Shown here piece after piece: positions 44,690 to 57,226 of a stretch of DNA of 64,000 bases. Made by a program: the position numbers and the translations under genes. Source of the stretch: Fistulifera solaris (taxonomy: Eukaryota); assembly GCA_030295235.1 (NCBI GenBank), contig AP026123.1:2232001-2296000 (forward strand), written 5' to 3'. Every line of letters starts with the position of its first letter. The first letter of the stretch is position 1. Below the pieces are notes generated by a model, which was given only the letters and a program-made list of their open reading frames with translations, searched no databases and had not been told where the DNA came from.

Positions 44690-47600
44690 ATGTCAAAAGA
44701 CGACGACGAGCATTCCTGGAGCGTCGACGGCGGCGACTCGTCCGAAGGGGATGATCGCCCCTACGGCATGGACTCCATCGAACAAGAGAAGGCCGAAGAA
44801 GCTGCGGTCGCGGAATTGACGCGTCGGGAGACAAGAGGAGTGCAGATGTGGAGAATTTTTACCTTACTTTCCTTAATTGCTGTCTCGGTGGCGGTTTCGA
44901 CGATTACCTTTCGTCTATTGCGCGATCAGGAAAAGGATGAATTCGAAGACAGCGTAAGTGTGAATCGAGCTGTTAAAGAGCCTCTGTCGTCCTTTTAAGA
45001 CACATCAATTCCTCACTATCGTTTTGCAGTACAAATTCTTTACAGCAGCTATTCAGAATGCGGCAAACGTTCACGTACGCAACGTCTTCGGGACGAGCAA
45101 GATGACGGCGGGGCAGATTACGAAAGCGGCTCTCGAGACGGGTCAAACCTTTCCTTTCGTTACGGTAGATCATTTTGAAATTCTTGGTCGACAATTCATT
45201 CACACGTTGCAGGTGGAGCAAATTACGTGGAGTCCCCTCATTGATGTTGAAGAGTACGCGGCCTGGACGAACTACTCGACAGAGAACATTGGGTGGTTGA
45301 ATCAGTCAGTTGAACTCAACCTTGCCGGATCGGAAAACGATCACACGATAGAAGATTACAACTTTTCCGACACAAACTACGAGATCACAGCAGCCGGTGG
45401 GGATCTCAGCAGCGGACCGTGGTCGCCGATCTGGCAAACCTCGCCTCCGCCGTTCAACTCCGAACTCATCAACTTTGACATGTATTCCCTTCCCGTGACA
45501 TTTGTCGAGCAAAGTGCCATGGACAAGCTCCGTAGGGGTGTCATGTCGGAGACGGGTAATCTGGAGCAAGCTGCAGTGGAAGTGACTTTCGAATCTGTCA
45601 AAGATGTGTCGACAGAGCATGACGAGGAGGAGCACGCTGCGGAGGAGGATGAGCATGCCGATGAAGATACGGATGGACGTGATCATGGCGACAGTCATGA
45701 ACATCAGATCGCTCATCCCCACTCTCTTATTTCCGAACCGGTCTTTGCAAGCTTGTTCGTGGAGGATACGACCGAGATAGTCGGCTACGTATACATTTAC
45801 TTCACCTGGGATCATTACATGATGAATTTACTTCCGGAAGGTGTCTCTGGAATCACTGTAGTTCTGAAGAACAGTTGTGGTCAATCATTCAGCTACGCTC
45901 TAGATGGAAAATCGGTAGGTCACCGAGTCGGGATACTCTTTTTCGAGAGCTGGGATGCCTTTCTTTCTAATCGATTACTCACCCAATCGTTTCCCTGCCT
46001 CTCTCTTTTTGTAAGGCCACCTACTTGGGAGCTGGCGACATGCATGATACCCGTTATAATCACATGGAGACCATTATTCCTTTCTTCAGTGTCAAGGATG
46101 CAAGCGAAGAGGAAGCCTTGAAAAACACTCCAGGACACTGTTTATATTACCTCCACATATACCCGACGAAAGAGTACGAAGATCGCTACGACACCACGAA
46201 TCCAATCAAGGCCACCACGGTGCTTGTGTTTGCGTTCGCTTTCATGATTACGGCGTTTTTAATGTACGACTGTTTCGTCGTTCGAAGAAACAGGAAACTT
46301 TTGAACGCGATGACCCGAACCAACGCAATTGTATCATCCTTGTTTCCCTCTAATGTTCGTGATCGCATTTTGCCGACGCCAAAGAAGACAGAGAGGAGAA
46401 GAAGGCCCTCAATGGAAAGAGTCGGCTGAAGACGTTCCTATCTGGCAACGACGACGACGATCTGGATGACGATGTGGATGAAGACGATAAGTACATGTAC
46501 AAAACCAAGCCCATCGCTGATCTTTTCCCCGAAACCACAGTTCTTTTTGCGGGTAAGTCTATGCTGTGACGGAACGCAACAGTCCTATCAATCGAATCGC
46601 TAACGCCGCGTGTCTCGAACTCTTTGATTCTCAGATTTGGCAGGGTTCACTGCTTGGAGTTCCATGCGTGAGCCAACACAGGTATTTATCTTATTGGAGA
46701 CCATTTACAAGGCCATGGACGACATTGCCAAAGCCCGCCGTGTTTTCAAGGTCGAGACCGTTGGTGATTGCTATGTTGCGGTAACCGGTCTACCTGACCC
46801 TCGAAAGGATCACGCGGTTGCTATGTGTCGTTTTGCGTTGGACTGCGTCCAAAAGATGAACGTCTTGACGAAGAAGCTGGAAGTGATCCTTGGCCCAGAT
46901 ACAACAGATCTCCAGATGCGAGTCGGTTTGCACAGCGGTCCAGTGACGGCTGGTGTTTTGCGCGGTGAGCGTTCACGTTTCCAGCTGTTCGGCGATACAA
47001 TGAACACAGCAAGTCGAATGGAGTCGAATGGGCTTCCAGGAAAGATTCATATGTCCCAGGAAACAGCAGAACTTTTGGTCGCGGCCGGCAAAGAACACTG
47101 GGTGATTCCACGCGAAGAGAAAGTTGTCGCGAAAGGTAAAGGCGAGCTGCAAACGTATTGGCTGGTTACTACCAAAGCGTCGAACAATACTCGGAGCGAG
47201 ACGGCCTCAAGCGAGACTTCTGGCGAGCACAGTGAAAGTCTTGTTCCGGAGGCGGTCTTTGACACGGCAGCTCCGGTAATGGACGAAAAGACAGATCGTT
47301 TAGTGCAATGGAACGTAGAGGTCCTCGCGACTCTTTTGAAAAAAGTGGTGACCAGGCGCCAGGACATGATACATACCCAGGAATCGGCACGCTGACGTAA
47401 CATTTTCCAAAACGACAACAACACCGCTGGATGAAGTCCAAGAAATTATCCGATTGCCGGTGTTCAAGCGGGGTACTGGTGCAGACATTAAAGACGTGGA
47501 TCTAGGAGATGCAGTATTAGAGCAGCTGAGAGAGTATGTGTCCGCAGTTGCATCCATGTATCGCAACAACCCTTTCCACAATTTCGAACACGCGTCGCAC

Positions 47601-48443
47601 GTGACCATGTCCGTGGTCAAACTTCTTTCTCGTATCGTGGCACCCGACGTCGACGCGGTCAACAGCGATTTGGAATCTACATTGCATGATTACACATACG
47701 GCATCACCTCGGACCCGCTCACGCAGTTTGCTTGTGTGCTTTCGGCGTTGATCCACGATGTCGACCATCCTGGTGTACCGAACACGCAGCTGGTCATTGA
47801 AAATCCCCAGCTTGCCAAGTTTTACAAGGACAAGAGCGTGGCTGAGCAAAACTCGGTCGATTTGTCCTGGGATTTACTTCAAGACAGTACGTTTAACGAC
47901 TTGAGGCTGGCGATATGTCCTACGGAGCATGATCGAATCAGATTCCGTCAGCTTGTGGTCAATTCAGTCATGGCAACTGATATCATGGACAAAGACTTGA
48001 AAGCACTTCGAAATAAACGCTGGGAAAGAGCGTTTGCGGGGGACAATGCCGAAGAATCAGCAAAGGACGCCGTCGATCGTAAGGCTACGATTGTAATTGA
48101 GCACTTGATCCAGGCGTCTGACGTCGCGCACACGATGCAGCATTGGCATATCTACAGGAAGTGGAACCAGAGACTGTTTGAAGAGCTTTACAGTGCCTAC
48201 ATTCAAGGTCGGTCCGCAAGCGACCCTTCCGACAACTGGTATAAGGGAGAAATTGGGTTCTTTGACTTTTACATCATCCCCTTGGCGAAGAAGTTGCGTG
48301 AATGCGGTGTGTTTGGTGTTTCAAGTGATGAGTACTTGAATTACGCAGAGAAGAATAGACAGGAATGGGAAGCCAGAGGGATGGAAGTCGTCGCCGGTAT
48401 GGTGGAAGCAGCGCACAAGAAATACGGCACTAAGGTGAAATAG
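44690..48443 (+). CDS. Receptor-type class III nucleotide cyclase-phosphodiesterase fusion, copy 1
   Basis: TM-sensor-TM, FADLAGFT, KVETVGDCY, LFGDTMNTASRMES, HNFEHA, HDVDHPG, QASDV. Introns 44954-45029, 45915-46015, 46553-46634. Indels near 46370 and 47392. Confidence 0.88.
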
Positions 48444-48696
48444 ATGGGTAGAGTTTAGGATGATTGTGTTAGTGCCCATTGTCAACTTAAATTGCTCAAT
48501 AAATCAAACGGCTTCATTACTTAAAACCTTTTGTGTGCGTTTTAATTTCAGGCTACGGGGTCCGACTAAGGCAATGAATGCGACCGCTGAGTGTTTTGTC
48601 TTGAATTGTGATGAAAACGACGAGCCCCGAGACGTTGGAAAGGAACCGGGACAGCTGTTCCTTGGAAGACCATAGAATGTCGCTCTCATCATAAAT

Positions 48697-49780
48697 CCCA
48701 ATCAACAATCAACAACTGACAAATAAGCAAATAAGACAACAAATAATGAATGACCGAAGGTGAGGCCTCAGGCCTCAGCCTCAGGCCTCAGCTTCAGAGG
48801 CTTCCTTACTCCTTAAAAGTCAAAAATGTCTTTCGCACCTTGGCATGACTTTCGCACCTTCAGTACCAAATAAATCATAAAATCTACAAAAATAGCGATA
48901 TAACATTTCTAACGGAACATATCGATTGCTTTTATTTAGAGCTTTCCAAAACACCACGATTTGTTATTAACAGACAAAAGCTCGTTGAGTTATTCAACGA
49001 AAACTTGAGGAACCGGAAAAAGTGGGGTAAATTTTTTCACGTAGAAAAATGTACCGTGACCTACAGCACGACTTTCGCACCTTCGACCTCTTTTTGAAAT
49101 GTAAATATCAGCCCGAAAACGATAGATATTAAGATATTAAACATTTTAATATGCTTTTTAAACGTTTATGCTGTATTTTATAAAAAACAACAAGCGAAAA
49201 GTATAATTTTTGATTGTTTTATGACCTTTCAAAAAATAGGGTAAATGAAGGTGCGAAAGACATTTTGACTTGTACTTGGGACTTGGGACGTGGGAATTGG
49301 GACACGGGACACTGGGCACTGGGCACTGGGCGCAGGGCGCATACTACAGTACTGGAGTACTGTACAAGTATCTTCTGACTTCTCTATTATTTCATTATTT
49401 CTGGTTTTTGGCTTTAACAAATATTTTTTCCTCTTTCATGTTTCATGTTTCATTGGTCCCTTCTCGGTTCTCGGTAGTTCTCGGCTTTCTGCTTCCGGCC
49501 CAAGCCCAATCGTGCTCAGTGGTCAGTGGTCAGTAGCGTAACCAGTAGTGCAGTTGCAAACCAGCAACCAACAACCAACGCAAACATGAAACACTATACG
49601 GAGTAGACAATAAAGAGACAGAAGACAGAAGACAGAAGAAAGTATGACCCGACACCCGACACCGACCACTTGTGTTTTGTGTTTTTGCATATTGCAACAG
49701 TACGAAAGTCCTTTTGCCAGTCGCGAGTTTGCCAGATGCTTTTCCGAATTCCCGTAAATGCCTGTACTACGTATACGTAT
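48697..49780. repeat. Field of short (mostly 7-bp) tandem duplications flanking MITE C copy 2
   Basis: CAATCAA x2, AGGCCTC x2, ACTTGGG x2, GGGACAC x2, TGGGCAC x2, GGGCGCA x2, TTTCATG x2+, TTCTCGG x2, CAGTGGT x2, CAACCAA x2, GACAGAA x3, ACCCGAC x2, TTGTGTT x2. Confidence 0.85.
48816..49272. mobile_element. MITE C copy 2
   Basis: Near-identical to 10690-11154 over its whole length; TA flanks; first TIR base changed C to A. Confidence 0.9.
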
Positions 49781-49968
49781 TTGGATCTCGCAGGGGCGAA
49801 AGTGGCCCAATAATGCAAGAAATTTCACCAATAATGACCATCAACCGAACACCGGACAAATTCGTTCTTCTCCTCGCTTTCGCAGAGATCGGAGTCCACC
49901 GTGTCCATTTACAAACTGATTGCAACAAGCACATCCCCGTGAACCAACGTCAGCGCATAATTATCATC

Positions 49969-52900
49969 ATGATGAACGACGACAACGATCACTCGTGGAG
50001 CGTCGATGGCGGCGAATCGTCGGACGGTGATAATCATCGTCCCTATGGCATGGACTCCATCGAGCAAGAAAAGGCGGAAGAAGCCGCCGTCGCAGAAATC
50101 ACAAAACGCGAGACCAGAGGAGTGCAAATGTGGAGAGTGTTCACCATATTTACGTTGGTTGCCGTTTCGGTGGCGGTCTCGACGATCACTTTTCGCCTTT
50201 TACAGAATAAAGACGTTGACGAATTCGAAGATAGCGTAAGTGTTGATATCCATTTCACACCTCATTTGGCCACAACGCGGTCGCTAACTCTTTGATTGCA
50301 GTACGCATTCTTTGCAGCTGCCATCCAGAACGCTATCGAAACCCACATTGAAGACGTGTTCAGTGCAGGCGAACTGGTTTCAGTGCAGGTCACCAAAGCT
50401 GCGATGGAGAAAAATGAGAGTTTTCCATTCGTTTCGGTTGATTTATATGAAATAATCGGCAGCCAAGCTAGGAAGATGTCAGGTGTTGATCAAATTATCT
50501 GGGGCCCAGTGGTTGATGCCGACCAATACGACGCATGGACTATTTATTCAGCTGAAAATATTGGCTGGTACAAAGCATCGGTAGAACTTTACATGGCCGA
50601 GCCGGAAGAAGACGAAGAAGACGATCGTAGATTAGAAGAGTACGACTTTTCAGACACCAACTACGAAATCTCGAGTCCGGCAGAAGGCCAAGACGTCGGC
50701 CCCGGTCCGTGGGCACCAATCTGGCAAGTCTCTCCTCCTCCGCCTTCCTCTTCCGCTATCAATCTTGATATGTATGCATATGGAACCAAGGCATTGGATG
50801 ATGCAGTCGACGCATTCCGAATGGGATTGATGACACAAGTCATTGATGCGGAAAGTGAGAATAAAGATTCTCCACGCAGTGTCGTAGTTGAGCCGGTCTT
50901 CGAGCATTTGCTCGACGATGAAACAGCCCCTATCGTTGGCCACATCTATAGTTTGTTTACTTGGGAAACGTACTTTTCCAGTTTGCTCCCTGAGGGTGTC
51001 AATGGATTTCTTGCTGTATTAAAAAATAGCTGCGGACAATCGTTTACTTATGCTTTGAATGGGAAATCGGTACGTCATTGTGAACAAATTTACAAAGCCA
51101 ATAGCGAACGTGTCAATATGCTTATTGGCTCTCATCTTCCGTTAATTTCAGGTCGAATTTATGGGTGTTGGCGATATGCACGATACCAATTATGATCACA
51201 TGGAAACGGTCATTCCCTTTCACGATGATGAAGCAAGTGACCAAGAAGAGCTGACCGGTGTTGCTGGCCATTGTCTTTACTATGTAAGCATCTACCCAAC
51301 CAAGGACTTCGCACAAAAATACAACTCCTCGGACCCAGTGCAAGCGACAACGACGCTCGTATTTGCCTTTGCATTCATGATAACCGCGTTCCTCATGTTC
51401 GACTGCTTTGTCGTCCGAAGAAACCGCAAACTGTTGATTGCTATGACACGAACAAACGCGATTGTTTCAAACTTGTTTCCCTCCACCGTACGCGACCGCA
51501 TCTTTGCGCAAGCTAAACACGAGAACGATGAAAAGAAGGGACTCAACGGAAAGAGTCGACTGAAGACGTTTTTGTCGGACGGAAATGACGGAAACGACGA
51601 AATGGATGAAAATGATCATTTCTTGTACAAGACAAAGCCCATCGCTGATCTCTTTCCAGAGACCACAATTCTATTTGCCGGTACGTAGTGATGCACTTGC
51701 AATTAAGTACAACGACATTCGAATCGCTAACATTGTTTTCAAACTTACAAAATTTCAGATTTGGCAGGGTTCACAGCTTGGAGTTCCATGAGAGAACCGA
51801 CGCAAGTGTTCATTCTGTTGGAAACCATCTACAAGGCAATGGATGATATTGCCAAAGCTCGTCGAGTTTTCAAGGTCGAAACTGTGGGTGATTGTTATGT
51901 TGCAGTCACCGGTCTACCTGACCCCCGAAAGGATCACGCCGTCGCAATGTGCCGCTTCGCGTCAGATTGCGTGCAAAAGATGGATGCATTGACAAGGAAA
52001 CTAGAAGTCATCCTTGGTCCTGATACGACCGATCTCCAGATGCGTGTTGGTTTGCACAGCGGTCCAGTGACGGCTGGTGTCCTTCGTGGCGAGCGCTCGC
52101 GGTTCCAGCTGTTCGGTGACACGATGAACACTGCCAGTAGGATGGAATCGAATGGGCTTCCAGGAAAGATTCATATTTCACAAGAGACTGCCAGACTTTT
52201 AATCGCCGCGGGCAAGGAACACTGGGTGGTTCCACGCGAAGAGAAAGTTGTGGCCAAAGGCAAGGGTGAGCTCCAAACCTACTGGCTGGTTACCACCAAA
52301 GCATCAAACCATGCCCAAAGTGACACAGCGTCGAGCGAGACTGAAACTTCCGGTGAAGTGGGCGGAACTATGCTTCATAATACAACATGTGAAATGCCGA
52401 CTCCCTTGATGGATGAGAAAACAGAACGCCTCGTCAAGTGGAATGTGGAAGTCCTTGCAGCCCTTCTAAAGAAAGTGATTTCCCACCGGAGCGATCTTGT
52501 AGATACCCAGGAATCAACTCAGAAGACAAGTTTCAGCAAGTTGACAACAACACCGTTGGATGAAGTGCAAGAGATCATCCGCATGCCGGTATTTAAAGGG
52601 TGCTCCGTTGCGGAGATAAAAGAGGAAGATCTCGGTAGTGCCGTCGTAGAGCAGCTTCAAGAGTATGTGTCTGCAATAGCGTCCATGTATCAGAACAACC
52701 CGTTCCACAATTTCGAGCACGCGTCACACGTCACCATGTCCGTCGTCAAACTTCTATCACGTATCGTGGCACCCGATGTCGACGCGGTCAACAGTGATTT
52801 GGATTCTACATTGCACGATTACACGTACGGCATCACATCGGACCCGCTCACGCAGTTTGCATGCGTGTTTTCGGCTCTGATACATGATGTCGACCATCCC

Positions 52901-53572
52901 GGCGTCCCGAACACACAGCTGGTCGCTGAGAATCCCCAATTGGCCAGATTCTACAAGGAGAAGAGTGTTGCTGAGCAGAACTCGGTCGACTTGTCGTGGG
53001 AGTTGCTCCAAGACAATAACTTCAAGGACTTGAGGCTTGCCATTTGTCCGACAGAGCATGATCGTGTCAGATTCCGTCAGCTTGTGGTCAATTCCGTCAT
53101 GGCCACTGACATCATGGACAAGGACTTGAAAAATCTCCGGAATATGCGCTGGGACAAAGCCTTTGCCGCACAAAACGCAGAAGAGTCGATGAAGGACGCG
53201 GTCGATCGCAAGGCAACCATAGTGATCGAGCACTTGATCCAGGCGTCTGATGTCGCGCACACGATGCAACACTGGCATATTTACACAAAATGGAACCAGC
53301 GGTTGTTCGAAGAAATGTATAGCGCCTACATTCAAGGCCGCTCCGCGACCGATCCCTCGGAGAACTGGTACAAAGGAGAGATTGGGTTTTTCGACTTTTA
53401 TATCATTCCCTTGGCTAAGAAGCTGCGTGAATGCGGTGTTTTCGGTGTTTCCAGCGATGAATATTTGAATTATGCCGAAAAGAACCGTCACGAATGGGAA
53501 GCGAGAGGTATAGAAGTCGTCGCCAACATGGTAGTAGCGGTGCATAAAAAATTTGGAACGAAGTCGCGTTAA
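49969..53572 (+). CDS. Receptor-type class III nucleotide cyclase-phosphodiesterase fusion, copy 2 (intact, 1125 aa)
   Basis: Exons 49969-50235, 50302-51069, 51152-51680 and 51759-53572 sum to 3378 nt in one frame. Same motifs as copy 1. Confidence 0.92.
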
Positions 53573-55025
53573 ATCTGCACAGGGAGATGGAAGAAGAGAC
53601 GAGGATGATGTATATTAGTGAAACATGTCGAAAATTAAGCGTTTACGTAAAGGCTCAGTACAAGTAAACAAACAATCTTGCGAAGCTCGACAATGACTTT
53701 GAAGCAATCACTTACCTAGGTTCATCTATTATTGCTGTAATAAAATAAATCATCGTCTGGTAAATGATTACGACGTGATTGCGGTAATCGATGGGAAGAG
53801 ATCTTAGCAAGAGTCGCCATTTCCTGATTCTTTTTCCCTGGCCGCTGGACTGGCCAAAAAAAGAACCATAGGAGAGGACGAGCATCATCATCGAAGACCG
53901 CACGAGCTATGACGATAAACTTTCTTCATCACAACATTTTCCACGTGAAATCAAGACGAGAGCCAAGCTAAAAACCCCGAAGTAGATTTGACAAAGAATC
54001 CGGTTCTTGGAGTAGTCCTTCCACATACTGTACCAGGTAGAATGTAGCAAATCATTCATCGTTAAACTTCAGTTCGATCGGTCTTGCCAGAATTACATAG
54101 AGCGGCTGCTGCTTACCTTTGCTATTTTGCAAGCAACGAATCCCACGATTGCATGCCATCACTTGAAGTGACTCTCATGTCATCCCTTCCGTCGCTCCCT
54201 TTCGTCGCTCGTCAGTGTCCTGTGACGGCCGTTCGACGAAGAATATCCATTGCATTCAAGCAGCTACAAGGAGGAAATTTCCAGCACACAGCTTGATGCA
54301 CCAAATACTGCATACGACGCTTTTCCTTTCTAGTGAAATGATTACAACAAACAATCATGGCAAATGACAATAAACAGTCTTCATTAGTCTAGGGACAGGG
54401 AGGATGAGCGAGAAGAGTTAGTTAGTTGTTACAACAATGACACAATCCTAAATATTTATTCCTAATTTCCTAAAGTCCGAATGAATTTTCTCATTCGACT
54501 GAATTTTCCACTGTTTTTTCTCTTTTGTCACAAATATTCCGATTCCAATTTCGTATGTGGCGTTGTGGGTTGTGGCGTACGGTACCTGGTACTGGTACTA
54601 TACTGGTACTGGTACTAAACCGGGCAGATAGCCCCATCCCTTACGTCATCATCATGTCGCTGTGACATGGTCACGGGACTCATCAACATTCCACGTGGAA
54701 CTATATCGCTCTCCAAAACTGTGCTATGCTCAATTTGGAATGAAGCCCGGCACGCTCGCTTTGGCCGTTTATTTTTTGAAACTTTCATCTTGGTGGCTCG
54801 GCCGGCTTTCGCTTTCTCTTCGCACCACCCTATTCATTCCTTTCTTCCTGACAATGTGCTATTGAGGCTTGCTGCATTTATTATATCAATAGTTCTTCTT
54901 CTCATTGACAATGACATCTCAGACTGCAATCGATACGCACTCCCGTCTTCACGTTCTACTTCATCAAATGAAGGCTGGCTGGAGAGCAAAGCTTATGTTC
55001 CCTTTTCAAGTAAAATTATTTGATC

Positions 55026-55480
55026 ATGCAACTCTTTGCCCCGAATAGTTTCACTCAGCAAGATTTGAATGCATTCATTGGTGTCTCGAAATACGGCCCT
55101 CAGGCAAGGATGTATTTTGACCCACAGAAGTACCCTCCACCTTCAGTAGATAAACTCCCTAGTGCCTCCAAAGCCGAAAAAGCAATTGCTAAGCAATTAC
55201 GCTTGGATCTTCAGTTCTCAGCATTTCAAAGTGGTCAAGTTCTGATCAGCAGTGGCAGCAGCGGTAACGGCAAAAACATTATCATAAAATGCACTAGATG
55301 CCGAACACACACAAAGCGTGGAAAGGGACAAGTTCCATCTGATTTCTGCCAGCAGTCCATTCACGGTTGTCGAATCAAGAACTCTCGAGGACCCGTTGGA
55401 TTGACCCTTCGCGAAGCGCACCAACACAGGCAAACCCACCGAAAGTGGTCTTATTTGCCACTACCGCTTCACCATTTAAG
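55026..55480 (+). pseudogene. Truncated N-terminus of a putative Mutator-like transposase (WRKY/GCM1-type Zn-finger region)
   Basis: YFDPQKYP...LDLQFSAFQSG..L...IKC..C...NSRG then (frameshift) KRTNT...C.YRFTI*. No DDE domain follows. The assignment is by recalled resemblance only. Confidence 0.4.
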
Positions 55481-57226
55481 CTGTGGCTGTTGCTTATGAA
55501 GTTCTGCCAAATTCTTCTTCGCCATCTTCCGTTTCTTCGAAAAACCGCTGTTGATGAATGTGCGGCGCTTCTGATTATGCGGTCATTAGCCCAGTCTAAC
55601 ACACAAAACGTGTATTTATTCTGCCCAGAGCCTCCCCGCCCCATAGGACACTTTTGTCTTCCAGTGGCTCGGAAGCAAACTTTGTTCTCAAGCACTCTTT
55701 GTTCTTTGCAAAGACATCAACGTGGGAAACCAACAGGATGCGTGACCAATGTGTGCTTGTTGTGAGCGACGAACTGAACAAGTGCCTCTCGCCTCGGTCT
55801 ACATTCAGTCTCCCGACCTTTGCATGATAGGGACGTCCACTTCATCCCTGGTGCAATATAAACTGCACGCTCATATATGCGAATTTCGTTGGCGACTGCA
55901 ATTGGTTGCACTGGACAAGAAAGTCTTGAGTTCAGAGCTCGAAGGAGGTATGCTCCGTGTACCTTGGTCTCGGCAAACTCGTAAAGGAACGGAAACTTGG
56001 ACATCGTTTCCTGGTCAACATCAAACTGCCCACCGCGTTTTAGGGTCCCGTGAAATGTGGAAAGCGGCACTACAAGCATCTTCTTCTTTCACTTTGATAT
56101 ACTGGCGCATCTCAGGATGTGGCGCCCTTGTGGCGCCCCTTGCAGAACTTGACTCCCCACCCTCGCGAGGAAAGCTTGTTTCCCTAGCAAGAAAGTCAAA
56201 GAAGATTTCATTAGCCATAGGAGGACCAGAAGACCCTCCAGTTCGACCGGCTTCGAATCCGTCCCTTTCACACAGCGAAATGAGTATGGTATTGTGCATC
56301 ATGTTGACTGTATCTTGACTCATTTCGTGTTTAACGTTGTAGAACCGCATAAGAAGGAGACTCTCTTTAGACTTGCACGACCTGAAACGCCCTGTAATGA
56401 TGTCTACATCCAAATCTTTTGGCTGAGCACCGTCTTGAATCACCAAGCAGTCTTTCAGCTCAACACTAGGAGGAGAGTTTGTTCCTTGGAGACACCGATC
56501 AAAAATCCTTCTGCTGCATGATGGTGCGCTACGAACATTAAACTAAAACGATTGATTATTAGCTGGTACTCTGGCCATAGTTTCATACAAAAATGGAATT
56601 GACTCACCTTCTTGGTACTGTGTTGTGAATAAGGTAGCGGAATCGACACCTGGTGGAAGATACGAGCTCCTGAATAAAGCCGACGGATGAAACAGGTCGT
56701 AAATCTTCGCTATGGTAACGTGCAGCAGCTTCATGTGAAATAACACAATGCCATGCTGCAGGCAACTCGTCATGTTTTCCACGAAGCCCTTTACCTGCAG
56801 ATCTCCCCAAGCCATGAACGTCTATGCAACCAAACGGAGAATCAATGAGAAGCTTGAACTCCGGAAGATACAAGAATCCGTCAAACTTGGTAGGAGTCCG
56901 GGATAACCTGCTTTCTTCTAAGAGACGAGCTCGTTCTGCCTTCCATTCACAGCAATTTCCGATAAACTGTGGATTTGCGAATCCGGTCTCGATAAACCGA
57001 TTAACATCGACGCACCACTGGTCACTTGCTTGCGTCTCCTTGAAAAGCAACGGACTATTTTTGGAAGGCAGTTGGAGCATGCATAGCCACTGCAGTCTGG
57101 ATAACTACAATGCAATCCAGTAGGAGAGGGCATTGGATTGGAAAGCACGGAGTCGGCGTCGGCTGCATTGCGCAGTCTTGTTGCAATAGAACGATACGAG
57201 CAGAAATTACAGATAAGACCTCTCAT
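55375..57226 (-). pseudogene. Spliced Cys-rich cargo gene inside the TIR element (disrupted in this sequence)
   Basis: Chain of minus-strand ORFs (56918-57238, 56604-57080, 56021-56446, 55717-56079, 55375-55695). GT-AG introns 56543-56607 and 57229-57310. CNFC...C.YPDC...CSNC...CC at the N-terminus. Confidence 0.55.

Noticed and set aside
47393..47395. TGA in cyclase copy 1 as selenocysteine or readthrough
   Set aside because: The downstream coding sequence is in another frame; a 1-nt insertion relative to copies 2 and 3 explains it.
49229..49970. Short ORFs and the long N-terminal extension of ORF 49672
   Set aside because: They translate the repeat field; the paralogs indicate a start at 49969.
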